Shown here in pieces: positions 34,331 through 45,910 of a stretch of 64,000 bases of DNA. Within the stretch, counting starts at the first letter, position 1. Each line of letters begins with the position of its first letter. Made by a program: the position numbers and the translations under genes. Source of the stretch: Leucoraja ocellata (Eukaryota); the NCBI GenBank assembly GCA_036785375.1, contig JAWMAR010001454.1, positions 186,001 through 250,000 of the forward strand, given 5' to 3'. The notes under the pieces are model-generated. The model ran no database searches. It was given only the letters and a program-made list of their open reading frames with translations, and had not been told where the DNA came from.

Positions 34331-37300
34331 AATAGTAAGATTAAACGAGAACTTACCAGTTTGAAGTTTGATCTTTATTTTATGAGGAGTTACGATGAGG
34401 GATTACATGAAGACCCCGCCAGCACGCATGCGCGACATTCATCAAAGCAGCGGTGTGGAATCACAGTAATAATAATTGAAATAAACATAGTAAGATAAGA
34501 AGAACTAGGATACCAGTTGACCTTTATAATAGAGGGTGGGAGCGGAGGGCACGTAATCCCTCATCGTAACTCCTTATAAAATAAAGATCAAACTTCAAAC
34601 TGGTAAGTTCTCGTTTAATCTTACTATTTTACTTCGGAGTCACGTGAGTGACTACGTGAAGATTTTAAAGATCTGTGATTTCATGCTGTGGAACGAGTCC
34701 ATGCTTCACTCACTGCCTTAGTTGACCAGGGGAGGAAGTATGTTATCATATTCAGACATGAATAATGACAATAGTAACCTCCCTCACCCGGGAGGAACTA
34801 TGAACAGAACTTAACATAGAGTTCGTAAATTCCCCCGATCTGGTAATGGGTTAGTACTAAATGTGTGGAAAATTGCTACATTGACCATCCTGCAACCGCT
34901 AGGATGTGGTCCCGCTAACTTCCATGACCCTGCTGCTCAGGTTGTTGCAGCCTTGGTGGAGTGAGTTGAAATGTCAGTATTTACTCCTGTATAAGCCAGA
35001 CCCATAATCACCTGAAGATGGTCTGAAGTGATACCTTCTTTTGACGCTAGATGTAACTAACAATATTGCTAGTTCAGAGTCTCTAGGCTCTAGTGATCTA
35101 ACATTCTGGTGTAGATGTGTGACCATACACAATCGAAGGTTCATGGGATATGTGAACATCTAGTTTGAGATCTGGTGCCCCTGGTCTATACTGCTTGACT
35201 AAGTCATAACATAAGTGTTATTTAGCCTGCAGATATAATCATCCTGTCCAGTCAACGTTTATGAAATGACACGACCTTTTGTGCTGCATGCAGGGCTATG
35301 AGCATAACCACATATAAGTGAGTTAGCCCAAGGACAGGGATGTAGCTGGAGCCCTTCAGCGAAGCGACATAGCACAACGTTAACACCCCATATCTCTGCG
35401 TCCCTGGGCCTGGGAGTTTTCGAGTTGCAGATTTCCTTCATAATCTAGAACTCAGAGGGTGAGCCCCCCAGAGTGGATTCTACTCCTCCCAGCCAGTACG
35501 ATGAAGCACTTTAGGTATGGTAGATGGCACATTAGACATCATGATTTGTCAAGCCCTCATATGAGCCTGAACTACAAGACGTCAGTCATCGTGCCAAATT
35601 ATGCAATATATCATAAAACAAATACCTCCCATCTCCTTATGCGGAAATATTGTTATTTTTTGGTGCTATCCCTGCGATCTGCAGTGAGCACGTTCATGGT
35701 TGGTTTAACAACCCCAGCCGCAGGAACGGTCTTCTCAGTCTCTGTAAGTCAAAGAATTGATTATATCATGCTGAGGACAGTTTCCTGCACCACGGCAAGA
35801 CCAATACTTGTGTCTAGAATAACCATATATGGTTCTATCATTCCCCACATCAGTGGGAACCATGGCTGGCTAAGCCCGGCAGGCACTATAAAAATGCCTG
35901 AGGTGGGAACTTGCTGAATTTTGCAAACCCGTCTGTTGAGGCAGAAATGCAGGAAGACATAAAATAACATTACTCCTTAGCGTAGCTAGAATGTAACCAT
36001 TGCTACTGACATGCCACATATTTTCCACTGGTGATTGAGCCTCGATGCAAGTTTCTTGGTCTTTAATGTTCACAATGTATTTTAATACTTTGTGATCCAA
36101 CACCCATATTGTGTACCATAATGAGGTTTGGGTAAACTATCACCGGATATTTTGACTTGTTTGCACCCATGTCAACAGACATTTGCCACCACCGAAGTGT
36201 ATCAACTTGGACTAGAGCATGCAGATTAGGCATATTCGCATAAACCTTTAATCCACAGAATGCACCCAGTGTCTATAGGTAGTTGATACCATGTAACTGA
36301 GGAATTGGTAACTCTCCCATCCACATCTGTAACTAGATGGCATGAGCAATTTCTCATCTGAACAATAGCATCAGTTTGTAATTTAACTGAAGATTTACTG
36401 ATTTAGTGGAGTAGCTTAGAGCTGGTAAAAATGACCACATGGTACTTGAGTGCTTACTTCTTTTGCATGCTGTATTGTTTTGATTGTGCAAAGGCCCAAA
36501 TAGCACAGCTGTAAGCCAATTATACTTGATGAACAGAAGGCTGTTTGATCGGGTTTGTTACGGGCTTCAATTAATTCCAACCCCTTACCTCAGGGCGGAG
36601 TCCCAGATGATTAATATAGCAATGTTACAAAATTTTGAGATTTAAAAAATCAAGTCTGCAATTTATCCCATCAGATAAAGCATAACAATAAGTTTAATTT
36701 GACACCTAATTCACTTTCATATCTCAAGCAATAAAAAAGTTATGGCCATTTTCATACTCGGAAATTAGCATCTTGTTCCCTATTGATTTTCTATGGACAT
36801 AACAAAAAAGCTGTGATCGTGGAAAGTCAAAAGCCCATAACCTTCTTAAAAGGTCTCTGGCGCTGAGAGGCAGACGTTCTACTGCTGCACCACAGTGTTG
36901 CCCTAAAGTTTTGATATACTTAAGGATTGCCAATCACCACCCCCCCCCCCCCCGGACACTTATTATTTTTTATTCAAATCGTTTGCTATGTCGCTCTTCA
37001 AGGGAGATGCTAAATGCATTTCGTTGTCTCTGTATTGTACACTGACAATGACAATTAAAATTGAATCTGAATCTGAAAAATTAAGAGAACTGAATGACAT
37101 TTTCAGTTATCATAGATTGAAGCATTCTGAAAAAAAACAAAACAAATCTTACTTGGATGACCTGAAATTAAAGCATATAATTAGTTAGTTACCCAATTGT
37201 AGCTAATTTCAAACTTCAATTACTAGATGTAAACATCTATCCATCTCTTAATAAATGATTAACATTTTTAAATAGCCCAAGTGTCCAAATAATATTCACA

Positions 37301-39724
37301 AATAATTCACAATAAAACATGATTTTTAAATCTAATTTACATCAATGTATAGGCCAAATGGAAGGAATTTAGTGTTCATTTGCTGTAAATTAAAGTCAAT
37401 TTAAATCGGCTTTCTAGGGGGTTCCTGTGAACGCGCTGGTTTAGAACGTTCACATTGCGCTGGATTTGTGCCCTCAAGTGCCCAGAAAAATACTGCGGGA
37501 TATAAAGAGCCCAAAATGAACTACTCGTTATAGAAAACTTTATATACAGGGTTATATACAAGCCCCATTTAATGTAAAAATAAGGTACATACCTTTAATT
37601 GTTTGCTTTATAAAACCCTGGGGCTGCGAGAGGTTGCGGAGTGAGAGAGTGATTTTTAAACTACTATAAATATTATACAAGGCCATAAAAACTAATAATA
37701 CCTTTTGCGACGGGGTCTTTCAGTGATTTTCCGTTAATGATTTACTAGGCTGAACATTTTCGATTGGAACAGCCTAGTAAAAATCGCGTTTTAAACCTGC
37801 CCCCATTAAACAGCGCCAAAATCGCGCACAAGGGGTGGGGCAGATGCTCAGCCACGATTCAGGTAGGTTTTGTAACATACCTAATTAATAGAGTTAAAGG
37901 TAATCCCAATAATCAATAATTTCAGTTGGTATCAACTTAAATTTATCTGGACAGATGATAACCCAATTTCTCTAATGGGTTTGTGGCTGATACAGCTAAC
38001 TAAGCAAAATACAGCATTTAATCTCATCCAGAAGTTCTTAACAATATTTCTTAGCTCTGAGCTGCCGAAGCATTCATTTAGTAAATAACCTGGGAGCTGG
38101 TTTCCCTATTTTGCTATATCATTGCCCCATCCAGTTAAATTTCAGATATTTCCGGCGCCCTGTGAATGAAGCTGACCCCATGGGAATTAATAGTCACAAA
38201 GTTTCAATGTCTATACTACACATGCGAGTTGGGCTTGTTGATAATAAACAGGCCTCATCTGTCATTATAGCGAACCTGCCTAAAGAGGCAACTCCAGCCA
38301 TATTCCGAGTCTCGCTTGTACTGTGCAGTATAAACTAATCTCATCCAACCTTCATGTAAATGGTCCATAACACTACGTTTCGGAAAAACCCAGACCCACC
38401 TACCGTCATGGCTACCGGTGGTTTTATGGTAAACCCAAAAGGCCCCCGATGTGGGTTTGATTTCCATCCTTGATTGGAGCGTAGGGCTGCTGGTGTATGT
38501 GGACCCAATGTCCTTCCAGGTGCATGGTATCTCCCAGCCGGCACCTGTTCCTCGGACATGCTTCCGAGTTCAGAGTTCAGAGTGCTTCCGAGTTCAGAGT
38601 CAGTTGCCAACTGATCCCTCGCACTCACCTTCGCAGAAGGGAGTTTTGTAGGCAGCCCTGAAAAGGGTGTGGCCACAGGCTCTCGAGGAGACCTGCGCTG
38701 ATATGGCCCTCCCTGGCCAATCAGGATGGGTAAAACATCCGAGGCCGAACCCATGTTGGAGGGGACCCTCCTGGCCTGACTTCCGTCAGTGACTTCAGTC
38801 AGCCTTAACCTCGTGTGCATCATTTTGCACATTCTGCTCCTGGAAGGTAGAGAAGCTTCGAGTACGGGGTTGGCGCATCATCCAGGAAGGCCGTTCTGGG
38901 CTATGGCCTGAAAAGACCTTTGTCCTGGCCTTCAAGCTTTCACCAGTTTCCATGGTTTGCTGGTGGGTGCATAGGGGTGCTGCCACCGGAGATGTCATTC
39001 ACAGCCTTGCTGCTGGTTGTTGTTCCTGCACCCGCAGCACACTTGTGGTATCTTCAGCCAAACTCCTGTCTTCAGAGTCAGCCCAGAAGTGTCTCCTAAT
39101 GCTCCCCTCTATCGAGGGAGATGCATTATGCAGCCCTCTATGAGGTGCTGCCATGGGCGTCCTAGGACCCCATGGTGACTAAACTCCATATACTGGAGCA
39201 TGTCACGTTGGAGCATTTGCTCCATCAACCGCTCCATGCGGGATATGTGATCACAGTCTTCACAGCCCGACTCCCTTCGGTCTGTCCAACTTCTGCTTGG
39301 ACTTCCCGCCAGTCTGTGATGTCCATATGGACTGTGCAGGTGCCAGGTCGGAGACGGATGATCGATCAGCGGTCCAGGTGTAGCCAACCGCTGCTGACTG
39401 CCCGCACTTCCGTGGTCCTACGCAGTCAGTCTCCATTTGGACTTAGTCCATGGTACCTTTCCTGTATCACATCCTCACAGAAATTAAGTTTTAAACCTTC
39501 TGCTGCGGGGGCAATGCTCCGGGCTTTAGCAGGACCTTAAAGCAGAGGTTCCTGCAGGAAGATAAAACCTGGAAAAATTAAAAAAAAAACTTACCTTCAG
39601 GTCTGACTGCTGGCAGGAGAATCGCGCCTGCCAGCCAGTCGTTGTGCAATGCGATAGACGATATGCCGCGCATGCGTGCTGGCGGGGTCTTCACGTAGTC
39701 ACTCACGTGACTCCGAAGTAAAAT
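34331..39724 (-). mobile_element. Full-length but internally decayed DIRS1-type element (copy 2) inserted in a CR1
   Basis: Both termini are present (AATagtaag... and ...ctccgaagtaaAAT). The ICR at ~34550-34665 is complementary to both ends, and inverted repeats read gaagaccccgccagcacgcatgcgcg. CR1 sequence continues on both sides (gtggatt|AAT|gtgagg). Confidence 0.9.
36617..37883. mobile_element. Non-autonomous DNA transposon with TAG...CTA ends and a 7-bp TSD, nested in DIRS copy 2
   Basis: TIRs tagcaatgttacaaaa / ttttgtaacataccta; attaata duplicated at 36610-36616 and 37884-37890. It contains a SINE/Rex-tail insert at ~36850-37075. Confidence 0.75.
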
Positions 39725-41450
39725 GTGAGGTTATACAAAACAAGAAGGCAGATTATTACCTGAATGGTGTCAGATTATGAGAAGAGGATGTGCAAGAGAC
39801 CTGGCTGTGCTTGTACATCAGTCACTGAAAGTAAGCATGCAGGTACAGTAGACAGTGAAGAAAGCTAATGGCATGTTGGCCTTCATAGCGAGAGGATTTG
39901 AGTTTAGATGTTCTACTGCAGTTGTACAGAGCCCTGGTGAGACCGCACCTGGAGTATTGTGTACCATTTTGATCCCCTAATTTGAGGAAGGACCTTATTG
40001 CTATTGAGTGAGTGCAGCATAGGTTCACCAGGTTAAATCCCGGGATGACGGGACTGACGTATGATGAAAGAATGTGTCGACTGGACTTGTATTTGCTGGA
40101 ATTTAGTAGGATGAGAGGGAATCTTATAGAAACATATAACATTATTAGAGCACTGGACAGGGTAGATGCAAACATGATGGTCCCGATGTTGGGGGAGTCC
40201 AAAGCCAGGGTCACTGTTTAAGATTAAGGGATAGGCCATTTAGGACTGAGATGAAGAAAAACGTTTTCACCTGGAGAGACAATAGAGAATAGGTGCAGGA
40301 GGAGACCATTCAGCCCTTCGAGCCAGCACCACCATTCCATGTGATAATGGCTGATCATCCCCAATCAGTACCCCGTTCTTGCCTTCTCCCCATATCCCCT
40401 GACTCCGCTATTTTTAAGAGCCCTATCTAGCTCTCTCTTGACAGCATCCAGAGAACCGGCCTCCACCGCCCTCTGAGGCAGAGAATTCCACAGACTCACC
40501 TCTCTGTGCGAAAAAGTGTTTCCTCGTCTCCGTTCTAAATGGCTTACTCCTTATTCTTAAACTGTGACCTCTGGTTCTGGACTCCCCCAACATCGGGAAC
40601 ATGTTTTTGCCTCTTGCGTGTCCAAACCCTTAACAATCTTATATGTTTCAATGAGACACCCTCTCATCCTTCTAAACTCCAGAGTATACAAGCCCAGCAG
40701 CTCCATTCTCTCAGCATATGACAGTCCCACCATCCCGAGAATTAACCTTGTAAACCTTGTAGCCATGATCATATCGAATGGCGGTGGAGGCTCGAAGGGC
40801 CGAATGGCCTACTCCTGCACCTATTTTCTATTTTCTAAACCTACGCTGCACTCCCTCAATAGCAAGAATGTCCTTCCTCAAATTAGGGGAACAAAACTGC
40901 ACACAATACTCCAGGTGTGGTCTCACTCGGGCTCTGTACAACTGCAGAAGGACCTCTTATCACCAATCTATCCACGATTTCTAGAGCCACTTCCTTAAGT
41001 ACCCTGGGATGCAGACTATCAGGCCCTGAGGATTTATCAGCCTTCAGTCCCATCAGTCTATCCAACACCATTTCCTGCCTAATATGGATTTCCTTCAGTT
41101 CCTCCATCACCCCAGTACCTATGACCACTACTATATCAGGAAGATTGTTTGTGTCCTCCTTAGTGAAGACAGATCCAAAGTATCTGTTCAACTCATCTGC
41201 CATTTCTTTGTTCATGAGAGGTGTGAATCTGTGGGATTCTCTGCCAGAGGAGGCAGTGGAGGTCAAGTCACGTGATGTTTTCAAAGAAGGTTAGATTTAG
41301 CTCTTAGCGTTAATGAATTCTAGGGATATGGAGAAAATGCTGGTACAGATTTTGGATGATCTGCAATGATCATATTGAATGGTGGTACTGGCTCGAAGGG
41401 CCGAATGGCCTACTACTGCACCTTAATTTCTAAGTTTCTATGTTTCTAAC
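39725..41450. mobile_element. Cluster of nested CR1 fragments in both orientations
   Basis: RT C-terminal motifs and several CR1 tails. An 80-bp tail at ~40758-40835 is flanked by a duplicated taaacct. Confidence 0.8.
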
Positions 41451-41627
41451 CTGTAATCTGAGATCGAACGGCCCACTCATGCGATTCATCTGGAACCTTT
41501 TGTCTGCCTATGTAATATTAAATTCATTTAAATTCGGTAACATATCGATCATCTTCCCCATTTCTTCTACAAGACTACATGTCCAGTACATCAATGTGGG
41601 GAAAACTAAATTAACTTTATTAACGCC

Positions 41628-44600
41628 TGAAGTGGGCGCATGTGCGCATGTGCGGAGCTCTTCTAGTGTGTGCGCATGCGCAGGACATTTCTAGAGTGTG
41701 CGCATGCGCGGGACATTTCCGGAGTGTGCGCATGTGCAAAGTATTTCGGGCGGGAAAAGCCTGCAGAATCAGCCATGTTTGCCAGACGTTTCTGAGTTTG
41801 TGTATTGCAGAAATAAGTTGCTTAAAGCTTAAATAAAGTTAAGTTAATTACAAGTAGTGAAAGTTTCATTTATCTCACAACAATTTAAGCAAGTTATCTT
41901 CAGAAGTCAAACAGTCCGACTTGGGATGGAGAAGCTACTGAAACCACAACGCTTGGATCTGGATCCCAACTCACCTGCTGCTGCAAAGAATTGGAAGCTC
42001 TGGCTTCGCATACTAAATAACTTCTTTGATGAGTGCGGCAATGATGCACCAGACAAACTCAAAACATTAATGAGCTTTGTCTATTCTGATGTATATGATT
42101 ACATAGAGGAATGTACAACTTATGATTCTGCTATTGATGTACTAAGCAAACTCTTCCTTAAGACACCCAACGTGATATTCTCTCGACACCTCCTTGCGAC
42201 TCGGAAACAAAAACCTGGTGAGTCACTTGATGAATTTTTACAAGAACTTCAAAGACTTAGTAAAGACTGTGCCTTCAAAGCAGTTACGGCTGACCAATAT
42301 CGACAGGAAGTTATTCGAGAGTCTTTTATCAATGGTTTGGCATCGCCTTTAATACGACAGAGACTATTAGAACACAAAACCTTGGATTTACAGTCAGCTT
42401 ACAATCAAGCTTACTCTTTGGACTTGGCTCAGAAAAATTCAGATGCTTATGGCTCATCTAATGTGTATTCTGCTGCAACTACTACAAAAGAATTTCACCC
42501 ACGTACTAATATGGAGCAAACGGAAACAATTTCTACTGAAAAAGGTGCCCTTGCTGCAGCATATAATTATTCAAAAAGGAACTGTTACTTTTGCGGGGGT
42601 AATATTCATAAGAGAGAGACATGTCCTGCTCGAGAGGCAACTTGTAATAGTTGTGGCAAGAAGGGACATTATTCTAGAGTATGCAAGTCCAAAGCAACAA
42701 CTAAAAGTGTGACTGCTGCCATATACACGCCTTCTTTATGTGCAATTACAGCTGCATTTCCTCAGAGCTTGTCTCATGCAGCTACAACGGTATCCATTAA
42801 TGGCCATACACTTAATGTATTACTTGATTCTGGCAGTTCAGAAAGTTTTATAAGTGAACAAGTTGTGTCCCGACTAAATTTAACTATAATTCCTTCAAAT
42901 AGAGAAATCTCGATGGCTCTGACAACTCTCAATACTCAAATTATAGGATCTTGTATTGTAGACTTTATTCTGAACAAAACTAGCTATAAATCTGTGTGTC
43001 TTGGTATTTTGAAAAATTTGTGTAGTGATATAATTCTAGGTCAGGATTTCCAGAAACTGCACAGATCACTTCAAATAATGTATGAAGGAACTCTGCCCGA
43101 TCTTGTATTGTCAAAGCTACCAGTATTGTGTGGTTTTTCTGCCGCATCTGCTGAATGTCCTTCATTATTCACTAATTTATCCTCCAAGTGCAAGCCAATT
43201 GCTAGAAAATCAAGACATTTTAGTAAAGATGATAGGAACTTTATCAACACAGAAGTAACTAATCTTTTACAAGAAGGGATTATAGAACGCAGTTCTTCCC
43301 CTTGGAGGGCACAAGTTGTCGTGGTTAAGGACCCCTTGGAGAGACATAGAAAGAAACTCTGCATTGATTACTCTCAAACTATAAACCAGTTCACGGAGCT
43401 TGATGCATATCCATTACCTCGAATAGAAGAGATTATCAATACATTAGCTAAGTATAAGATATTCTCTACTTTTGACTTAAAAAGTGCTTACTATCAAATT
43501 CCTCTGAAGGAATCAGAGAAGAAATACACTGCGTTTGAAGCAAATGGGAAATTATATCACTACTGCAGAGTTCCTTTTGGGGTAACTAATGGCGTGGCTG
43601 TTTTTCAGAGAGAGATGGACAAACTTGTTGAACAGGAAAATCTTAAAGATACTTTCCCTTATCTTGATAATATAACTATTGCAGGAAAAGACCAAACTGA
43701 ACATGATGAAAATGTACAACGGTTTTTAGATGTTGTACATTCTAAAAATCTAACATTAAATGAGGCTAAGTCAATAACATCAGTATCATCAATTAATATT
43801 CTTGGTTATTGGGTTGGAAATGATATAATGAAGCCTGATCCAGAAAGACTCCGCCCACTCCAAGAGATACCTGTTCCAGCAACATTAAACTCTCTACGAA
43901 GGGTTCTTGGGATGTTTGCATATTATGCTAAATGGATACCAAATTTTTCTGACAAAATTCAACCTTTGATTAGAGCGAAATCTTTCCCCCTTGACTCTAC
44001 AACAATTGGTGCCTTTACTTCTTTAAAGAAACAATTGGAATCTGCGACATTGCACGCCATTGATGAGGATCTCCCCTTTGTTGTTGAATGTGATGCCTCT
44101 GATTTAGCAGTATCAGCTACATTAAATCAAGGAGGACGACCAGTGGCTTTCATGTCTCGTACTCTCCAAGGTAGTGAATTGCACTACCCATCCGTCGAAA
44201 AGGAAGCTACAGCAATTATTGAAGCAGTGAGGAAATGGAGTCATTTCCTTGCTCGCCAGCACTTCACTTTGATAACAGATCAGCGTTCAGTGGCTTTTAT
44301 GCTGGATAATCGGAAACGAACGAAGATTAAAAATAGTAAAATTCATGAATGGAGGATTGAATTATCTGCATATAGTTATTCAATTGAGTACCGCTCTGGT
44401 AAGGATAATGTTGCTCCGGACACATTAACTCGAGCATTTTGTGCCTCTGTTCATTCTTCTGCACTCACTGATCTTCACAATGGGCTGTGTCATCCTGGAG
44501 TCACTCGTTTGTTACACTATGTTCGTTCCAAAAATTTACCTTTCTCTACAGAAGATGTGAAGATGACGTGTGCTTCATGTAGAATCTGTGCTGAATTAAA

Positions 44601-45910
44601 ACCAAGGTTCTTCCGTCCTGAAGAAGGAAGATTGATCAAAGCTACTCAACCTATGGACCGTTTGAGTATTGACTTCAAAGGGCCTTTACCATCCTCCTCT
44701 CAAAATGTTTATATACTTACCTTAGTTGACGAATATTCGAGGTTTACATTTGCCTTTCCTTGTCCAAATATTTCAACTGCTATGGTTATCAAATGTTTAG
44801 ATCAACTGTTTTCATTCTGTGGATTTCCAAGTTACATACATTCTGATAGGGGCACCTCATTCATGTCAAAAGATTTAAAGGACTACCTTTCTAAGAGAGG
44901 AATTGCAACAAGTAAAACAACACCATATCATCCTATTGGAAATGGTCAGGTTGAGAGGTATAATGGAATCATTTGGAAAGCAGTGAAACTGGCTTTACAG
45001 TCGAATGATATACCAGATCAGCAGTGGGAATGTGTTCTACCAGATGCATTACACACCATCAGATCTCTACTGTCAACTGCTACCAATACTACTCCACACG
45101 AACGGTTCTTTAACTTCAAACGGCGTTCTTCTAGTGGTACTTCTCTGCCATCATGGTTGACAAGCCCTGGGCCTGTGTTGCTTCGTCGGTATGTCCGATT
45201 AAATAAGAATGAACCTTTTGTTGATGAAGTTGAACTGACTGATGTCAACCCTTCTTATGCAACTATCAAGTATCGGGATGGACGTCAGTCAACTGTCTCG
45301 CTCCGTGACCTTGCACCATGTCCATCTTCTCCATCAGCTCCGTCACTTCTTGATAACACTAATCGAGAACTTCCTCTGTCAGCTCCGTCGCTTCTTGATA
45401 ACACTAATCGGGAACTTCCACCAACACTTCCAGCATCATCTATGGAAACTTCTACAAGAAATTCTAAAATTGAAAATCTAAATAACAATATGAGTGAAGT
45501 TGATGACCAAGCAATATATCTACCCCCAGCTATTGAATCACCGGTATCTCCTGAGGCTCCAGTGCTGCGACGGTCATCAAGACGTATTAAACCTCCTGAC
45601 CGTCTCAACTTATAAATAGGAGGGGAGAATGAAGTGGGCGCATGTGCACATGTGCGGAGCTCTTCTAGTGTGTGCGCATGCGCAGGACATTTCTAGAGTG
45701 TGCGCATGCGCGGGACATTTCCGGAGTGCGCATGCGCAGGACATTTCGGGAGTGTGCGCATGTGCAATATATTTTGGGCGGGAAAAGCCTGCAGAATCAG
45801 CCATGTTTGCCAGACGTTTTTGAGTTTGTGTATTGCAGAAATAAGTTGCTTAAAGCTTAAATAAAGTTAAGTTAATTACAAGTAGTGAAAGTTTCATTTA
45901 TCTCACAACA
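41628..45910 (+). mobile_element. Complete Ty3/Gypsy LTR retrotransposon (Mag-like), young
   Basis: 5' LTR 41628-41882 and 3' LTR 45630-45910 (TG...CA), 5-bp TSD acgcc (41623-41627 and 45911-45915), polypurine tract aggaggggagaa at 45618-45629, and a single uninterrupted gag-pol ORF. Confidence 0.97.
41926..45615 (+). CDS. Gag-Pol polyprotein, 1229 aa from the first ATG
   Basis: Tandem Cys/His knuckles (CYFCGGNIH..CPAREATCNSCGKKGHYSRVC), protease LLDSGS, RT FDLKSAY..YLDN, RNase H ECDAS, integrase HHCC and IDFKG..HSDRG..GQVER. The order PR-RT-RH-IN is that of Gypsy. Confidence 0.93.
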   Translation: MEKLLKPQRLDLDPNSPAAAKNWKLWLRILNNFFDECGNDAPDKLKTLMSFVYSDVYDYIEECTTYDSAIDVLSKLFLKTPNVIFSRHLLATRKQKPGESLDEFLQELQRLSKDCAFKAVTADQYRQEVIRESFINGLASPLIRQRLLEHKTLDLQSAYNQAYSLDLAQKNSDAYGSSNVYSAATTTKEFHPRTNMEQTETISTEKGALAAAYNYSKRNCYFCGGNIHKRETCPAREATCNSCGKKGHYSRVCKSKATTKSVTAAIYTPSLCAITAAFPQSLSHAATTVSINGHTLNVLLDSGSSESFISEQVVSRLNLTIIPSNREISMALTTLNTQIIGSCIVDFILNKTSYKSVCLGILKNLCSDIILGQDFQKLHRSLQIMYEGTLPDLVLSKLPVLCGFSAASAECPSLFTNLSSKCKPIARKSRHFSKDDRNFINTEVTNLLQEGIIERSSSPWRAQVVVVKDPLERHRKKLCIDYSQTINQFTELDAYPLPRIEEIINTLAKYKIFSTFDLKSAYYQIPLKESEKKYTAFEANGKLYHYCRVPFGVTNGVAVFQREMDKLVEQENLKDTFPYLDNITIAGKDQTEHDENVQRFLDVVHSKNLTLNEAKSITSVSSINILGYWVGNDIMKPDPERLRPLQEIPVPATLNSLRRVLGMFAYYAKWIPNFSDKIQPLIRAKSFPLDSTTIGAFTSLKKQLESATLHAIDEDLPFVVECDASDLAVSATLNQGGRPVAFMSRTLQGSELHYPSVEKEATAIIEAVRKWSHFLARQHFTLITDQRSVAFMLDNRKRTKIKNSKIHEWRIELSAYSYSIEYRSGKDNVAPDTLTRAFCASVHSSALTDLHNGLCHPGVTRLLHYVRSKNLPFSTEDVKMTCASCRICAELKPRFFRPEEGRLIKATQPMDRLSIDFKGPLPSSSQNVYILTLVDEYSRFTFAFPCPNISTAMVIKCLDQLFSFCGFPSYIHSDRGTSFMSKDLKDYLSKRGIATSKTTPYHPIGNGQVERYNGIIWKAVKLALQSNDIPDQQWECVLPDALHTIRSLLSTATNTTPHERFFNFKRRSSSGTSLPSWLTSPGPVLLRRYVRLNKNEPFVDEVELTDVNPSYATIKYRDGRQSTVSLRDLAPCPSSPSAPSLLDNTNRELPLSAPSLLDNTNRELPPTLPASSMETSTRNSKIENLNNNMSEVDDQAIYLPPAIESPVSPEAPVLRRSSRRIKPPDRLNL

